64,000 nt of DNA from Harriotta raleighana (taxonomy: Eukaryota). The notes beneath the pieces were generated by a model that did no database searches, was not told where the DNA came from, and saw only the letters and a list, made by a program, of their open reading frames with translations. The stretch spans positions 3,405,098-3,469,097 of the forward strand of contig JBNZDD010013718.1 in NCBI GenBank assembly GCA_050575255.1. Direction: 5' to 3'. Every line of letters starts with the position of its first letter. The stretch's first letter is position 1. The position numbers were made by a program, and so were the translations under genes. Shown here piece by piece: positions 24,056 to 37,100 of the stretch.

Positions 24056-27000
24056 GTTAATATGTGAGGAAATTACATATAATTTCAAATCACAAGACTG
24101 AAGATTCAGTTTGGGGAATCTATGCTAGCTTTATTATTTTGCTTTGTGAAATACAATGGATTTATAACCATCATGGAATTTTGTTCTTAGAATGCATCAT
24201 CCCCCAAACTAGTCAGTATCAAGAAGTAACCTCCAGAGCAATTTCGGAATAGATCTGGATCATCTCCACCCAACAAACTATATTCAGCCAACCTGAAGGA
24301 CAGACAGTACCTCTGACAGAGTCAACAACAATTTGCATTTATATTTCAACCTTTATGCAAAATAGCGTCCCAGCGCGCTTGTCAGTGATGAAGTCTGACA
24401 ACCAGTCAGGGAAAGAGAGAGGGGTGGGGAAATCCTCCCTCACGCAAACTCTAGCACTGCAGTGTAGTGGTAAGCATATACTCTGTGAGTTCAAAGTCCT
24501 AATTTGAACTCACAATAATGGTACATGCATTACACAGGAGAAAGGCAAACATTTTAAAGCTGATTAATATTTACTGGAACAGATTTGGTTTTTAGTCACA
24601 GTCACTGATAGCCTGATAACCATTTCACTGCTTTCACTGTGTCACTATTTATTTAACTATTTTGTTACTGTTGCCAATTGAATGGGAATTTCCTTCTCTG
24701 TGATATTTTGTTGCTGTATTTTATTACCCGCCTCTTGGGGGCTTTGCTTGCACTTGATTTTTGCCACAGTCTATCATAACTCCTTTGGATTGGGGCTCCA
24801 CGCCATCATTAACATGCATTTGCATGAATTCTTTTGATTTATTGTCACTGTTTTCATGCATCATTCTGAATTTTGCCGATATGTCACATTTCAACGAAAA
24901 ACATAAAACATGCAGCAATGATTTTTTTTTCAAAGCACATTTTCTCTAAGATATGGAGTAATAAAATCTCAAAGAAATTGAACATTTGAACATTAGGGCT
25001 CCTTTACTTCACTATGCATGCCTTTTCTTTTAATTCAAGCACATAGCCTCAGCTTGTCAGTATTACTGTACCTGGTATATATTTTTACTCATGTATATTC
25101 TTAGTGGCTGTTTTCAGTTAAAAAAAGCTGTCAGTGGAACAACCTTGTATGAAATTAAATTAAGATTTGCTTCACTGTAACCTCTGAGGATCTGAATGGT
25201 GACAATATAAATAGTATTTCGAACAATACTACTCTGTGCAGATTATACATAGCAAATGTAAACACTATTAAATCAATTCCATTGCAACATTTCTTGCCTC
25301 TGAAATAGTACAATGTGATGAAATGCTATATATCAGTGGGTTTTTTTAATATTGGAATAAAACATTAGTCATTTACATGAATTTTTAATTAACATTTTGG
25401 CGGTATGTTACATTATAAACCTTATTGAGGGCAACGTTGCTGTGATCCTCTCTGATAGATTGGATTTCAAGCCATCAAAACTCTAATTAGCATTGCATTT
25501 CCCGAAACATACATCAGCTCATTTTAAAAAAAAACTTTCTTGGATGCATGGGCTTTTCTGGCGGGGGTGGGTTGGAGGAGTCGGGTGGAGTGGGGTGGGA
25601 GGGAAGAAAAGAATACAATTCCACAGTGGATAGAAAGCACATCATTCACATACACAGCAAGACCGTGGATCATCATGATGTCAAGCTCATCAATGCTTTG
25701 GGTCTGAAATAAGTTCAAAGAACTCTGCGAGGAAATTGACTGAACCACCTCTGTACATATCTTCAGAAGGGTCACACACACATTTTATTTTTTGATGCTG
25801 GCTGGCTCCTCAATGCGACTTATTGCTGGAATTTTTTTATATATATAAAAATGAAAACAAAACATGTTGGATCAGCCTGTTCAAGCAGTTCAAAGTTTAA
25901 TATGAAACATTTTTTGGCTGGAGCTGAGCATCCCAACACATGTTGCCATTTGCTGCCAAGCTGTTCCTTAATTAAGAACAACACTAAATCTTAGCAGACT
26001 TTGACCTCTGTATCTCTACAGTGCATTTTTTGATCAGATTTACATTAACTTACATTTATCTTTTCGAGTGTACTCATGCATCCTTTTTCCTGTCCCCGCT
26101 TTATATTTCCTTTGCTTTTTCCTAATCTATTTATCGCTTGTTTTCTTTGGCTGTCCATTACTTTCCATTTTTCATTATTACTTTTTCATGATGCTTTTTT
26201 GTTTTCTCATCTGCTGTGGCGGCTGTCCCATTTGTCCTCCTCTCGGCTGATGTTTCCCATCGACAACCAAGCCATGGTGGCCTAACTATATCTCTATCCA
26301 GCTGCTTCCTCTTTTGCTATAAAACCCACATTTATTCTCTTACATGTCTACCAAAGGCATGTTTCACATTGAGGGTTATGTCCTTGACAATCAATAATTC
26401 TCTGGCAAACTATCAGGCACCAATCCAATTTGAGATTCTTCAATAAAGTTATGATTTTCATGTGAAATAATTTCAAGAATTCCTTGAGACACTTTCCTTT
26501 TTACAAGCAATTCAATTTGTGATAGTTGCTTCATTCCCATTCAAAGTTAAATATGTTATGTTCCCCCTTTACCCCCCCACCTCCCCTTTACTTCCACACC
26601 CCTAAATTGTTTAAAGTTGCCAATTTTGTAAGAATTACTCTACCACCACCTTGAATTTCCACAACTTGTCAGTGAAAGCTTGCCAATACAAGGTGTTCCC
26701 TGCCAATTTAAGACGCTGTGTAACAGGCACAGAATGTGCAAGTAGGTCCTAATGTACATTTAATCATTAATATGCCCTTGACATCATGGAAATTACTCAC
26801 CAAACTCATGTCATCATATTACAGTTCTTTAACTGTTTAGTGATGGCTTCAACGCAGTGAAAACTTCCTAAATTACTTTTCGGGCCCTTATGTGCTCTCA
26901 TAATCCAGTAAGTACAGCTTGCCTTATGTTCAACATCTGAATAAAACATCTTCCGGGAGTGCTGCCAAAGCATTGTACGCTCAAGTAAAATGTTTCCACT

Positions 27001-27142
27001 GGAATTTAAGAATCGGTTCCAATAATGATGTGTTGTGTGCTATTGCCTATTGTTATAACATGGGCAATGTCAAAGTCTGAAATGTAGAAGTAAGTTCTCA
27101 ATCTTCGGGCTAAAGGTTTGCTCACTGCTATAAAAATGAATA

Positions 27143-27662
27143 CAGGTAGACCCCGCTGAACGAACGTTCGGTCAACGAATTTTCGCTATAACAAAGGTTT
27201 GTATTTGTACCACTTCTCTGCTTAACGAACACTGCGTTCACTATAACGAATGTTTACACACACTTGAAATCTCGCGGCCTTCTCGTGGGCAGCTTCTCAG
27301 GTGACCGACATCATCCAATGAACCAGTACCAAGTAAGTCAGCTGACTATCCAGAGTCTGTTGATTCATCAGGTTCTGGAGACCTCCTCCCTATTCCTCAC
27401 CTCCCTGAACAGGAACTTTCACTCGGTAATGGTAAGTGTTACATATTTAACACATGAAATAAACAAAACTAATATTTTTATATTTTATCACCACAATATT
27501 TTTATTTAAAGTTGTGTAGCCTTCAATAGTAGTTATATCTACCTTAGGCATTCGCTGGTACATCGAAAATGTTATTGCTAGAAAGCAAACTGATTCTTTC
27601 CAAGGAAAAACTACCTCTTGCTTAAAGAATTTTTGCATTACGAACCTAACCCCTTTGTTAGC
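27143..27662. mobile_element. pogo/Tigger-type MITE with damaged right end
   Basis: TA then CAGGTAGACCCCGCTGAACGAA left end with repeated (T)AACGAA subterminal motifs; right side has GAACCTAACCCCTTTGTTAGC but the TIR is not complete. Confidence 0.65.
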
Positions 27663-27966
27663 TCCACATTAGTGCTTGAAAACAATTATAGTTATAAAGA
27701 ATCAAACACTTGATGGAACTCACAATGGTTCCCATGCTGTCAATATGATGATAAATATCATCTGTAAAATGAAATTGATCAATTTTGTATATTCTACTGT
27801 GCCATTTCAATTTGACTTATTGGAGTTTTGCTAGATGATCTCAAGTGGATGGTCATGCAAATCTTATCTTCCACAAAGGGGTTTGTCTATGGTTTGTTAG
27901 ACTAAAAAAGTAGGATAAACCAAAATAGAAGAAATTGAAGAAGAATAATAATCTTAGTATTTGCTA

Positions 27967-28066
27967 ATTATTATTATTATCCAATTTCACATCTTCTAGA
28001 CATCTCAAAGCACTTCACAGAATATACTGTAGAGTGAATTGACTGCATATTTGTGGGCGAAATGCT
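27967..28066 (-). mobile_element. Young SINE 3' fragment
   Basis: TTTCACATCTTCTAGACATCTCAAAGCACTTCACAGAATATACTGT...TGTGGGCGAAATGC. Confidence 0.85.
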
Positions 28067-29629
28067 GAGCAAAGAATGGTTTGATAAGTCTTTGGGTCCT
28101 GCTGCGAATGGTGAATCTTTAGTACACTTTAGCTGATACACACAGATAACAGGAAATTACAATTCTACTGTACATCAGTAAAGTTCTAAGCATGCCACCA
28201 CATGGGGTATCACCTCATGAATGCCCTTGATTTCTTAAATTTCTAACAGTCAGTAAATCCTAAACTACAGAGCGTTTATGCAGTGTGTGATGAATGCTTC
28301 TGGGATCAAGAGTTTAATGACTTCAGTAACTTTTTTTGGGTGGGGTTTGGGGTGGTCACCATGCAAATTCACCATCAGCTTGCTTTGTGTGTTATTTGCC
28401 CTAGAACATGTTTTTACAGTTACTTCAAAAGTCTGGTCCGCCATTGCAATGTGTTCACACTGAGCAGCTTTAAACCGATGGAAAGAGTGTGTTCTGACAT
28501 TAAAGCTTCTCAATAAAGAGGGAATGTCCTTGTACTGTTAAATATCTGATACTTGCTGTACTGTTAAATATCTATTTAACATTTGTTTTAGTGCAGTTCT
28601 GTTGATTTTTGTTTCTATTTTAAGGCTGAGCACTGAAGATGCCAAACCTGGTCTTGTAAGTTTTAGGAGAACTCACGTTGATTTTACAATCTCTAAACCA
28701 GGACAGCAGGGGCTAAACACCACACTTTAATTGTGTCCCAGCTGAGATCAGAATTTGAACCTTCAACATTACCAGTGACTCAGATCTGTGCCAGGAAATG
28801 CCACTATGCCACCAGAGGAGCCTGGATTGGAAGGATGCCAGCTTTTCGTTGGTGTCAGCCTTCTGCTCTGGAGTTGGGATGATTCGGCTGTTCATGAAAT
28901 TGGAGCCCATTCACCATTTCCACAAGCTGGCACACAAAGCCCCAAAAGCCACCAAAGAACAAGTTTGCTTCTTCATCTCATTGCTGAAGGGAATGCATAT
29001 GCTATTCGTTCTGTTCCTGTCTTCACTGACACTCGCTTGTGGGATGTGTTAAAGAGGAGATGCTCAATGAAGATCACAGTTACTCAAACTAATTGAACTG
29101 TGATCAGACAGGTTGGATGTGTGATCGAACTAAAGGCAGATTTCAGCTGCCAGACAAGAGAGGCTAAATGTGCCTCACTGACACCACTAATAGCAGTGTC
29201 ACAGGGCGTTGAGGTGACTAGATAAGCTCTCCTGTTGGTGCTCATTTGACTGCCTTGAAGATTTATTTGAGAAATATTCCTGAGTGAAATCGCACTTCCT
29301 TCCCAATAGAGATTTTTGTCTTGGTTCTCTGTGTTTATTTTGCCTGAGTGACGCCTGAATGGCCAATAATGTGAAGGGAAATTATTCAATGTATTTGGTG
29401 GGAGATGAACTAGGAGAGTTATCCATGGAATGGACTCACGGAGTCTCTAGGTCTTTTTCTGTTCTTTCCTTTCTGTGTCTTATGAGTATAATTAAATTAA
29501 AATATTTTAAGTCCCAGAAGAATCCATTGTGGAGGCAGAAATAGTGGGACCCTAAAAATCTTTACAGGGTTAACTTACAAACTGAGTTGTAACTATGGTC
29601 TGAAACTTCTTGAAAGATAAATTGCCCAA

Positions 29630-29979
29630 CTACATTGGCTCCCCATCATCCAGAGGATCCAATTCAAGATCCTGGTCCTCACATTTAAAGCCCTCCACGG
29701 CTTCGCCACCGCCTACATCTGAGACCTCCTAACCCCCTACCAACCTGCCTCCTCTGCTCAGCAGGCTCCAGCCTGCTCCACATCCCCCAACCCACCTGCC
29801 TCACCATTGATGAGCGAGCCTTCAACCACTTTGCCCCCAACCTCTGGAACTCCATCCCACAGTTCTTCTGCCTCATCTGGCCTCCTTCAAGTCCTGCCTC
29901 AAGACCCTCCTCTTCAACGGTCCCATTGGTCCCTCCTGATGTAAAAGGTGTTTATACAAGTGTAATTTTGTTGTTGTTG
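29630..29979 (+). mobile_element. L2 LINE ORF2 C-terminus and 3' tail (decayed)
   Basis: Translates HWLPIIQRIQFKILVLTFKALHG..AYI*DLLTPY and RAFNHFAPNLWNSIP, then FKSCLKTLLF; ends with L2 tail and (TTG)n. Confidence 0.9.
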
Positions 29980-32576
29980 CTATGAACACTGTTGTACCAT
30001 GTCTTGAAAAGTGCCAAGATAATATAGTTCTAAAACTGGGTTGAAGTGACGCTTTATTGGTCTCCAATATAAATATTTGGTATTTTATTTAATAGACATC
30101 CGCTTCAATGCTTCTTCAAAATACTTGCATTTCAGAGTTGCCTCGTATAATTCAGCACAGATGGTGCTGTTTCATTCCCGTGAAAGAAATGAACAAACGT
30201 TGGATACCTGACCCACTGGGTCACAGAGGTTTGGAGGCTTGTTGTGCATCATGACACGAGCAGGTGCACGGTCCTTAGGAGAATAGAAATTAGTTTGTCA
30301 TTGCTACATTAATCAATCTGCACTCCTTCATCAGCAGCATCGTCTCGTGATAAATGGAGAGGCCAGATCAAGTCATATTTCACCATATCACATCAGTTGG
30401 CGTGGTGTGGCTTCCAACCATTCAATTTGAATTGTGTGACAAATGCTGTTTATTTTCCTTCTCTATTTGTTGCTCCATAATAACTCGCTTATCCAGTCCA
30501 TATACAGAATCCTTCTGGTGAGTCTTTTTTTTTTAAACTGCTTGAAGCAATCTCTTTGTTGTAAAGTGCATTGTCCTTTCCTTCTAGTCAGTTGAACTCA
30601 CACATTTACTAGACAAGGTGAACAACTTATTACAGGACTCTACCAGTTTACTTTGCTGCAAGGAGGCATGATTTCCTGCCCAGGCTGGACAAAGTCTGAT
30701 GTTCCCTATCTCGTCTGCTTGACATCCCTGCTTGCTTTGGTGCAGCTCAGATCAGAGGTGAACTAAGTGCAGGATCAAGCTATGATCTTCCCAATTCGTG
30801 ATACTAAGCTTGAGGATCAATGCTGCTGTACCAACTATTAAGTATTTCTTTCCTATTACTTTGAATATCATAAAAAAAATTGCAGGAATGTATTTCAAGA
30901 CAGTAACATGTCTCAGAGTTAAGAAGACATGATAAACTGCTTAAGCTTTGTGCTTGCAATATTTATCTATTACAAAAGATATTACAATGTTATCACAAGC
31001 AATCAATCTGCTACTGCCTTGGAATATATTATTATCGACTATTTACTGACTTAACTCAGTGTATTTTGAATGTGGGAATCTCAGTACATACATCATTGCA
31101 ATTGGACTAGCAAAGAACTTGAAATATCTATGCACAGATAAACATAGATATACCATTAGGAATGACGGCTTAACATTATATTTTTATTCAACTGCAGAAG
31201 CAATGGAAATCCACGGAGATCCAGAAAGGTCCAGAAAGAGATGGATAGTTTATTGTTTCAGGCTTGTCTGTTCATCACAGCTTACGCTACAAAGAAATCA
31301 TTTGAACTAACGCCCTGGAGAAACATGGTATCTATTTGATTTGGGATGTTTTGCATTGTGTGAGCAATAATCACTTTTGAATTTATGCAAATACAGTATC
31401 AAGTTGAAAGTGACTTAGCGCAAATATTCAAATTAACTTTTAGTAAACAGAGAAACTTACAGCATTACCCACAATCTTATGAAAATAAATAAGGTGTATT
31501 TTGATTTCAGCATTAATTCTATGGAGTAGTTTCTCTCTTTCTCTCCATCTCTTTCTCTCGAAGTCACTCCTGCCTTTCTGCTACTTTGTCTTTGCTGAGA
31601 AATCACATCAGAGGCTTCCTGTGAGTGTCTCATCTTTCCAGATGTCACATTCTGGACTCCACTTGTGGCTGAGGATTGGTGGCTTGTGCTCACATGACTC
31701 AAGTAATAAATGAAACTGTCACAGGTCTGTTCTTTCTCTACTTTGACCTCCTTGTGATATTTTCTAGCTTCAGGCTGTTTAGGGAACAGTCGGGGGGAAA
31801 AAAAAGAACGGTAATTTTTTTGTTGGGGGAAAGGTTGACGTTTTGTGCTCATAATTTGCCATTTTATTGTTTTTAATTATTATTGTGCTTGAATTGTCCC
31901 TTATGAGATGATCCTGGCTCTGCCCTCTTAAATTGTCAAGAGCACTTTTAAATGAGTCATTTTGTTCTTGTCAAGTAAATGAAGCTGGTGCTTACATACT
32001 AAAATAAATTTCATTTTTCTACATCTGACCATTTATTAAATATTAGAACTAAAGCTACTAATCATTTACATGAAAATGTATTTTAGTGTAATATTGGATA
32101 TAGATAGTTCAGTGATTAATATTTATGATAATATGTGTGTTCTCACATGGAGTGTAAACATGAGTGTGTAAAAGTATTCAGGTATTCATTTATTGTTCTG
32201 AGAAATTAAACGTGCTCATACAATGTGGATACTGAGAATAATACCTTAGTTGAAAGACAAATAAATTATTTAACTTCAACAAAAATTACATGTCAAATGC
32301 AATTAATGCAGTTAAACTTTGAAATGTAAAGATAGATTGGAGATATACCCAAGAGACTTAAAACAGGAGAGAGATGTGAAAAAGTGCAGAGGATGAAAAG
32401 GTTGGTCAAAAAGTAGTACATCACCAAATATAGATCATATTGCTCTTTACAGTTTCTGACAGATGCTCCAAATGAAAGAAAATTGGTCTCCTACATTCGC
32501 CTATAACAACCTTTTGCTTTCTTCATACGTGGCTCAGTGTGAGACCAGTAGTTATTTATCACTGGAGGTTCTGTTG

Positions 32577-32666
32577 TATTTGACAATCAGTGGATGCACT
32601 GACATTGTAATTGAGTCTAGTTGTCTTTTCTAGGACACAGGAAGATCTAACTAAGTCAAGACGTCT
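32577..32666 (+). repeat. 90-bp dispersed direct repeat, copy 1
   Basis: Matches 34106-34193 with 4 substitutions and one 2-bp indel. Confidence 0.9.
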
Positions 32667-33209
32667 CACTTTTAGCTGAGATCACTATAAATTATCTAAA
32701 ACTGAAGGAAACAAAGCAAGTAATCAGTCAGTGCAGAAATACTAAAGGCCCTGTTTGTATCATCTGGGACACCATATTTTAAGTTTCTGCTTTCATTCAG
32801 ATAGACTACTCAGATACCAATAGAGCATTGATAAAACTGTTGACTTTCATGTAATGCCAGACTGGTACAAGAGGGCCATCAGTCAGTAAACAGATATTAA
32901 TGGTTAGTGGGATAACTGATAGATAAATAGGTCAAGTTAAAAATTAACTGATACTTCTAAAGTAATGGAACACAAGAAAAATGTTACAGCACTCTTTGGA
33001 TTTACAAGGTGTAAGCACCCTTTGTGAAGCAGCAAGAGAGATCAATTTGAAGTGAGCAACAAGGAATTAAAAAAAATATATATTATCTTTGTCCTGCACA
33101 TGCATCCTCACATTTTGGTTAGATTTAGCTGAACCTCCAGCAGTAGAGCATATATTAAGCAGCTTAATCTTTGCAGACTGATTCGAAATGGCTTTGGTTC
33201 TCAAGAGTA

Positions 33210-33522
33210 ATACTTTAAGTGAGCCCGACAGTTCATGTTATGATAAGAACGGTTTAATTTTATCACAGGTATTAAGAGAAAGTGATATTAGCAAGTGATC
33301 CTTAAACAGATGGGATTTGCATATTTGTATTCTCTAAAGTTCTTCACAACAACTGTGGAAAAAAAACNATACTTTAAGTGAGCCCGACAGTTCATGTTAT
33401 GATAAGAACGGTTTAATTGTATCACAGGTATTAAGAGAAAGTGATATTAGCAAGTGATCCTTAAACAGATGGGATTTGCATATTTGTATTCTCTAAAGTT
33501 CTTCACAACTGTGGAAAAAAAC
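33210..33522. other. Assembly join: ~155-bp near-identical duplication around single N at 33368
   Basis: 33210-33367 repeats as 33369-33522 with one SNP and small indels. Confidence 0.85.
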
Positions 33523-33683
33523 AAGGGTATTTCATATTCCATTTTCTTAAATGCAGCATCAAAGTTTGACATAAACAACGCAGATCTTTTTCAATTACAA
33601 GGTGTGACTTCCAATAAATAACTAGAGGAGATGAAGTGTGGTAGTACGGATCAGCACAGATACGGGCTGAATAACAGTAAAAA

Positions 33684-33748
33684 TAATAATAAATGTTGAA
33701 TTTGTTATAGCGGCTTATCACGTCTTCAAGATGTCTCAAAGTGCTTCA
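33684..33748 (-). mobile_element. SINE 3' tail fragment
   Basis: AATAATAAT...TATAGCGGCTTATCACGTCTTCAAGATGTCTCAAAGTGCTTCA. Confidence 0.7.
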
Positions 33749-34105
33749 GTGGCCTTGGGTGGCTACAAACATTCTATGATTCTAACGGGAATGATAGGAC
33801 TAAGATATGTATCTGATCCAGGATTGCTTTAGATAATGAGTCAAACCACTTGTCCCTTCCCTGTGGTAATCGCTCTGCTTTCCTCAACTCAGATCCTGCT
33901 CCAGAGTCAGGCAATTGTTTCAGGGGTACAAAATGTCATATTTAACTTGAACTTGTCACCTATGTAACCCTCTTGAGCTACTAAATGTAGCTGGAATTAG
34001 TTTTCCCCTTTAGATGTATGCTGTCAATATTAAATAAACTAACACTGATTTCAATCTATTGTATATTTCATGGTTTTGAGTAGTTATAGACTTACAAACA
34101 GCTAC

Positions 34106-34193
34106 TATTTGACAATCGGTAGATGCACTGACATTGTAATTGAGTAGTTGTCTTTTCAAGGACACAGAAAGATCTAACTAAGTCAAGACGTCT
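34106..34193 (+). repeat. 88-bp dispersed direct repeat, copy 2
   Basis: Matches 32577-32666. Confidence 0.9.
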
Positions 34194-37100
34194 GATCCCC
34201 CTTTCTGATTTGAAGATATTTTCTAGCCAATATCATGGAGAGAATAAGCAAGCCAAGGTCTCTGTAACTAGATTCTAGGAAGGCATAGCATTAAATTGGG
34301 ATTGCTTCCACTCAGATTTTTGTTTTTAATTTCTTGTGGAACATGCCATGCATGCGTTTAGCGATTTCCTTCTAACCCAACTGAGATTAGGAATCGCTCT
34401 GAATGGTTCATGGAAAGTTGAGGATCCGCAATCACATCTCACCACTCTCACCAGCAGTGTACTGCTACACACATTTGCTGCACCACTGGGCCTCCTCATC
34501 TCAAAGCTACTGATAGAATCATCTATATTCATTTAGCTCTGCACATTTAATGCATTGGCTTTATTGAACCAATTAGCAATGGAAATATTATTATTCCTGC
34601 ACCTTTCTATTTCCACTTCACTGCTTCTTTCCTATCTTCGCAATAAGGTTCTTCATTTTAAGTTCATAATAGATCATTGTTCTTCAACTCCTTTCCCTGT
34701 GCTCATCCCAAGGGAGGCAACCGTGCTTGCACAACAACAAGGATGGAATAGTGGGATGGACACATTTGTACTGTACCTTTAAATATTCCATCTTTATGAT
34801 AAAAATATTTATTGCTCATTCCTTCCATTTTGAGACTGCAATCTTGAAGGCTGCAGTCTTATGTGCAATATATTGAACACCTGTGCTGGGTCAATATCTG
34901 GTTAACAGGGATTGAAAGGTATAAGTACAAGTATAGACATAGATGATCAAGTACATTCTTCTGTTCAGACTGTCATCAGAGGGATGACTGATTAGGTTGT
35001 AAGATTGAATTGAGGTCCTAAAGCTTCACTGGATTGCCCGAAGGTGGGGGAGGGGCTGTGAGTGGGGGGACATCAGGGAGAAAATTTTGCAGACCTTTAC
35101 CTTCTTAGAAGTTTTACCTATGGTTAGTCACCTCCCTTAGGAAATTAAATAAACAAGGTAGATTCTGTGCTTTGGCAAATTGCATCTGATCTGACATTTA
35201 CACTGACGTAGATTCATGTAAAACAATTTGGGAAAATACCACAAAGCAGCGTGAGGATTTGAGCAGTATATTTAGGTACCTGGAAATTGACAGGAATATT
35301 AAAAACGCATTGACAGCGAGCGCCTTTAAATCAAGACATTTAGCTTCCAAATCTAAACTTTTGTTGAACTGGCATCAAATGTTATGTGTGATGTTACCTC
35401 TGTCAGATTGACATTTCACAGGACCAAATGGTCCCTGACATTTCGCCTAAGTATTTGGCAAGCTGGCAAGCATTTACAATGCTCTCACGTTTACAGGTAA
35501 AACCAGTAAATGGTTAAGGCTGAAGGCCCATGCATGAGCAGCTGTGCTGATATAAGTGATTAAAAAGGAGTAAAGGATTGCCAACTGGTTTTCATTAGGG
35601 TGATAAAATGGTTCTCTTTTCACTTGAAACGGTTTACTAGCCAGTTCATTACTGGGGTGCCTGTGTGCTTTACTCCATCACAGGCAATTTGACCTAACAT
35701 AAAAAGCTGAAAGGACCACGTATGAATCTTAATCAAATGCTAATTGTAAAATATACTGGGGAGTGTTAACACCCTGAATAGAGGGTTGTGTCTATTATGG
35801 ATCATATCTATTATGGCACAAAGCAGACATGAACACTAAATACAGCACTAAGCTGACAGAGAAAGCTTAGCCAAGCTATAGAGGGGAACAGTTGTTAAAG
35901 CAATACTGACTTTTATACCACATATTATCTTTCAAAGTAATACCTAAACCAATAGTTGAGTGATATCAATGGCATCTGGCACTGATGCATTCACCCTAAC
36001 TCAATGCCACAATTTATCTTTTCAATAGCATTATTTTTTTATTTTGCTCTTAGTTTCTTGGTTAAATCCGCCTTAATCAAGATTTTGTACTAATTAGCAT
36101 ACTGTAATAAATAAGATTGTTGGATTGCGGTTTCTGGGAATGAATGGTACTGTTTAGATCGATTAGCTCTGCAATCCATATTTTTATAGATAGGAATGGT
36201 TCCATGTAGGAAATTAGGAATATAAAGGAGAATAGAAGACTATTGCAATCTGTCTCTAATGGAGTCTAGAGGAAACTTATGTCATGGAACTGGATATGAG
36301 CTGAAGTAAGTGGCACTGGGTTAAGTTGCAGAACCTTTCACATAGGGCAAATACCTTTGTAAGGTTCAACAAGGTTAGTTTCCAATCAGTTTAGATGGTG
36401 CGAGACATGTAGGTTAGATTCAGAGGTCTGGTTCTGGTAATAACCTCAATTAATTTCTGCCTCTATGCATATCATAGGCCAATGTGATCTGTCTTTTATT
36501 GCTCTTGTATAACAGAACAGAAAAAGTTACTCAACACAAGGGCAGATTACATCACAGACCCCACATAATTTTCTATCACTTTGATCAGACAGTGGCTACA
36601 TGAACTAACATCATGATGTCCCACCAATTGAAGCCATTAAAACTTATGGTTCTGTTTTTGCTGTCAGATGTAATTTACCAACATAAACAAGCAGTGCTGT
36701 AGACATTAAGATACTTTGAGTCTATGAATCCCACACTCCCCTACCCCACCATTAGATCTAATGTGACCCAGCAAACTAGATGGTTGGATTCTCGATCAAG
36801 ATCCACTGTCAAATGACATATGCACTCACACAGCTCCAGATAGACACTTGGGAGAGGGAGGAAGAGATTCTTTTGTGGAGCATTCAGCTGTATCTCTTGG
36901 CATCCATGAAAATGTCAATGGACTGAACCACCCTCTTCAATAAGCAGAATAGTGCAGATGAAGAGAATTAAGTTGGGCAGGATGCTGGGCAGGAGTTAGA
37001 AGAAAATAAGCCAACAAAATTGCAGCAACTGCTGATAGGTATTGCTACTTTAACTCTTTATTCTCAAGAAATTATTTGCCACTGCAATACTTGAATTTTT

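Noticed and set aside
30151-30169. CAGCAC-AGATG-GTGCTG inverted repeat resembling a REST half-site or CTCF core
   Set aside because: A 6-bp stem is expected by chance and the canonical REST right half is missing.
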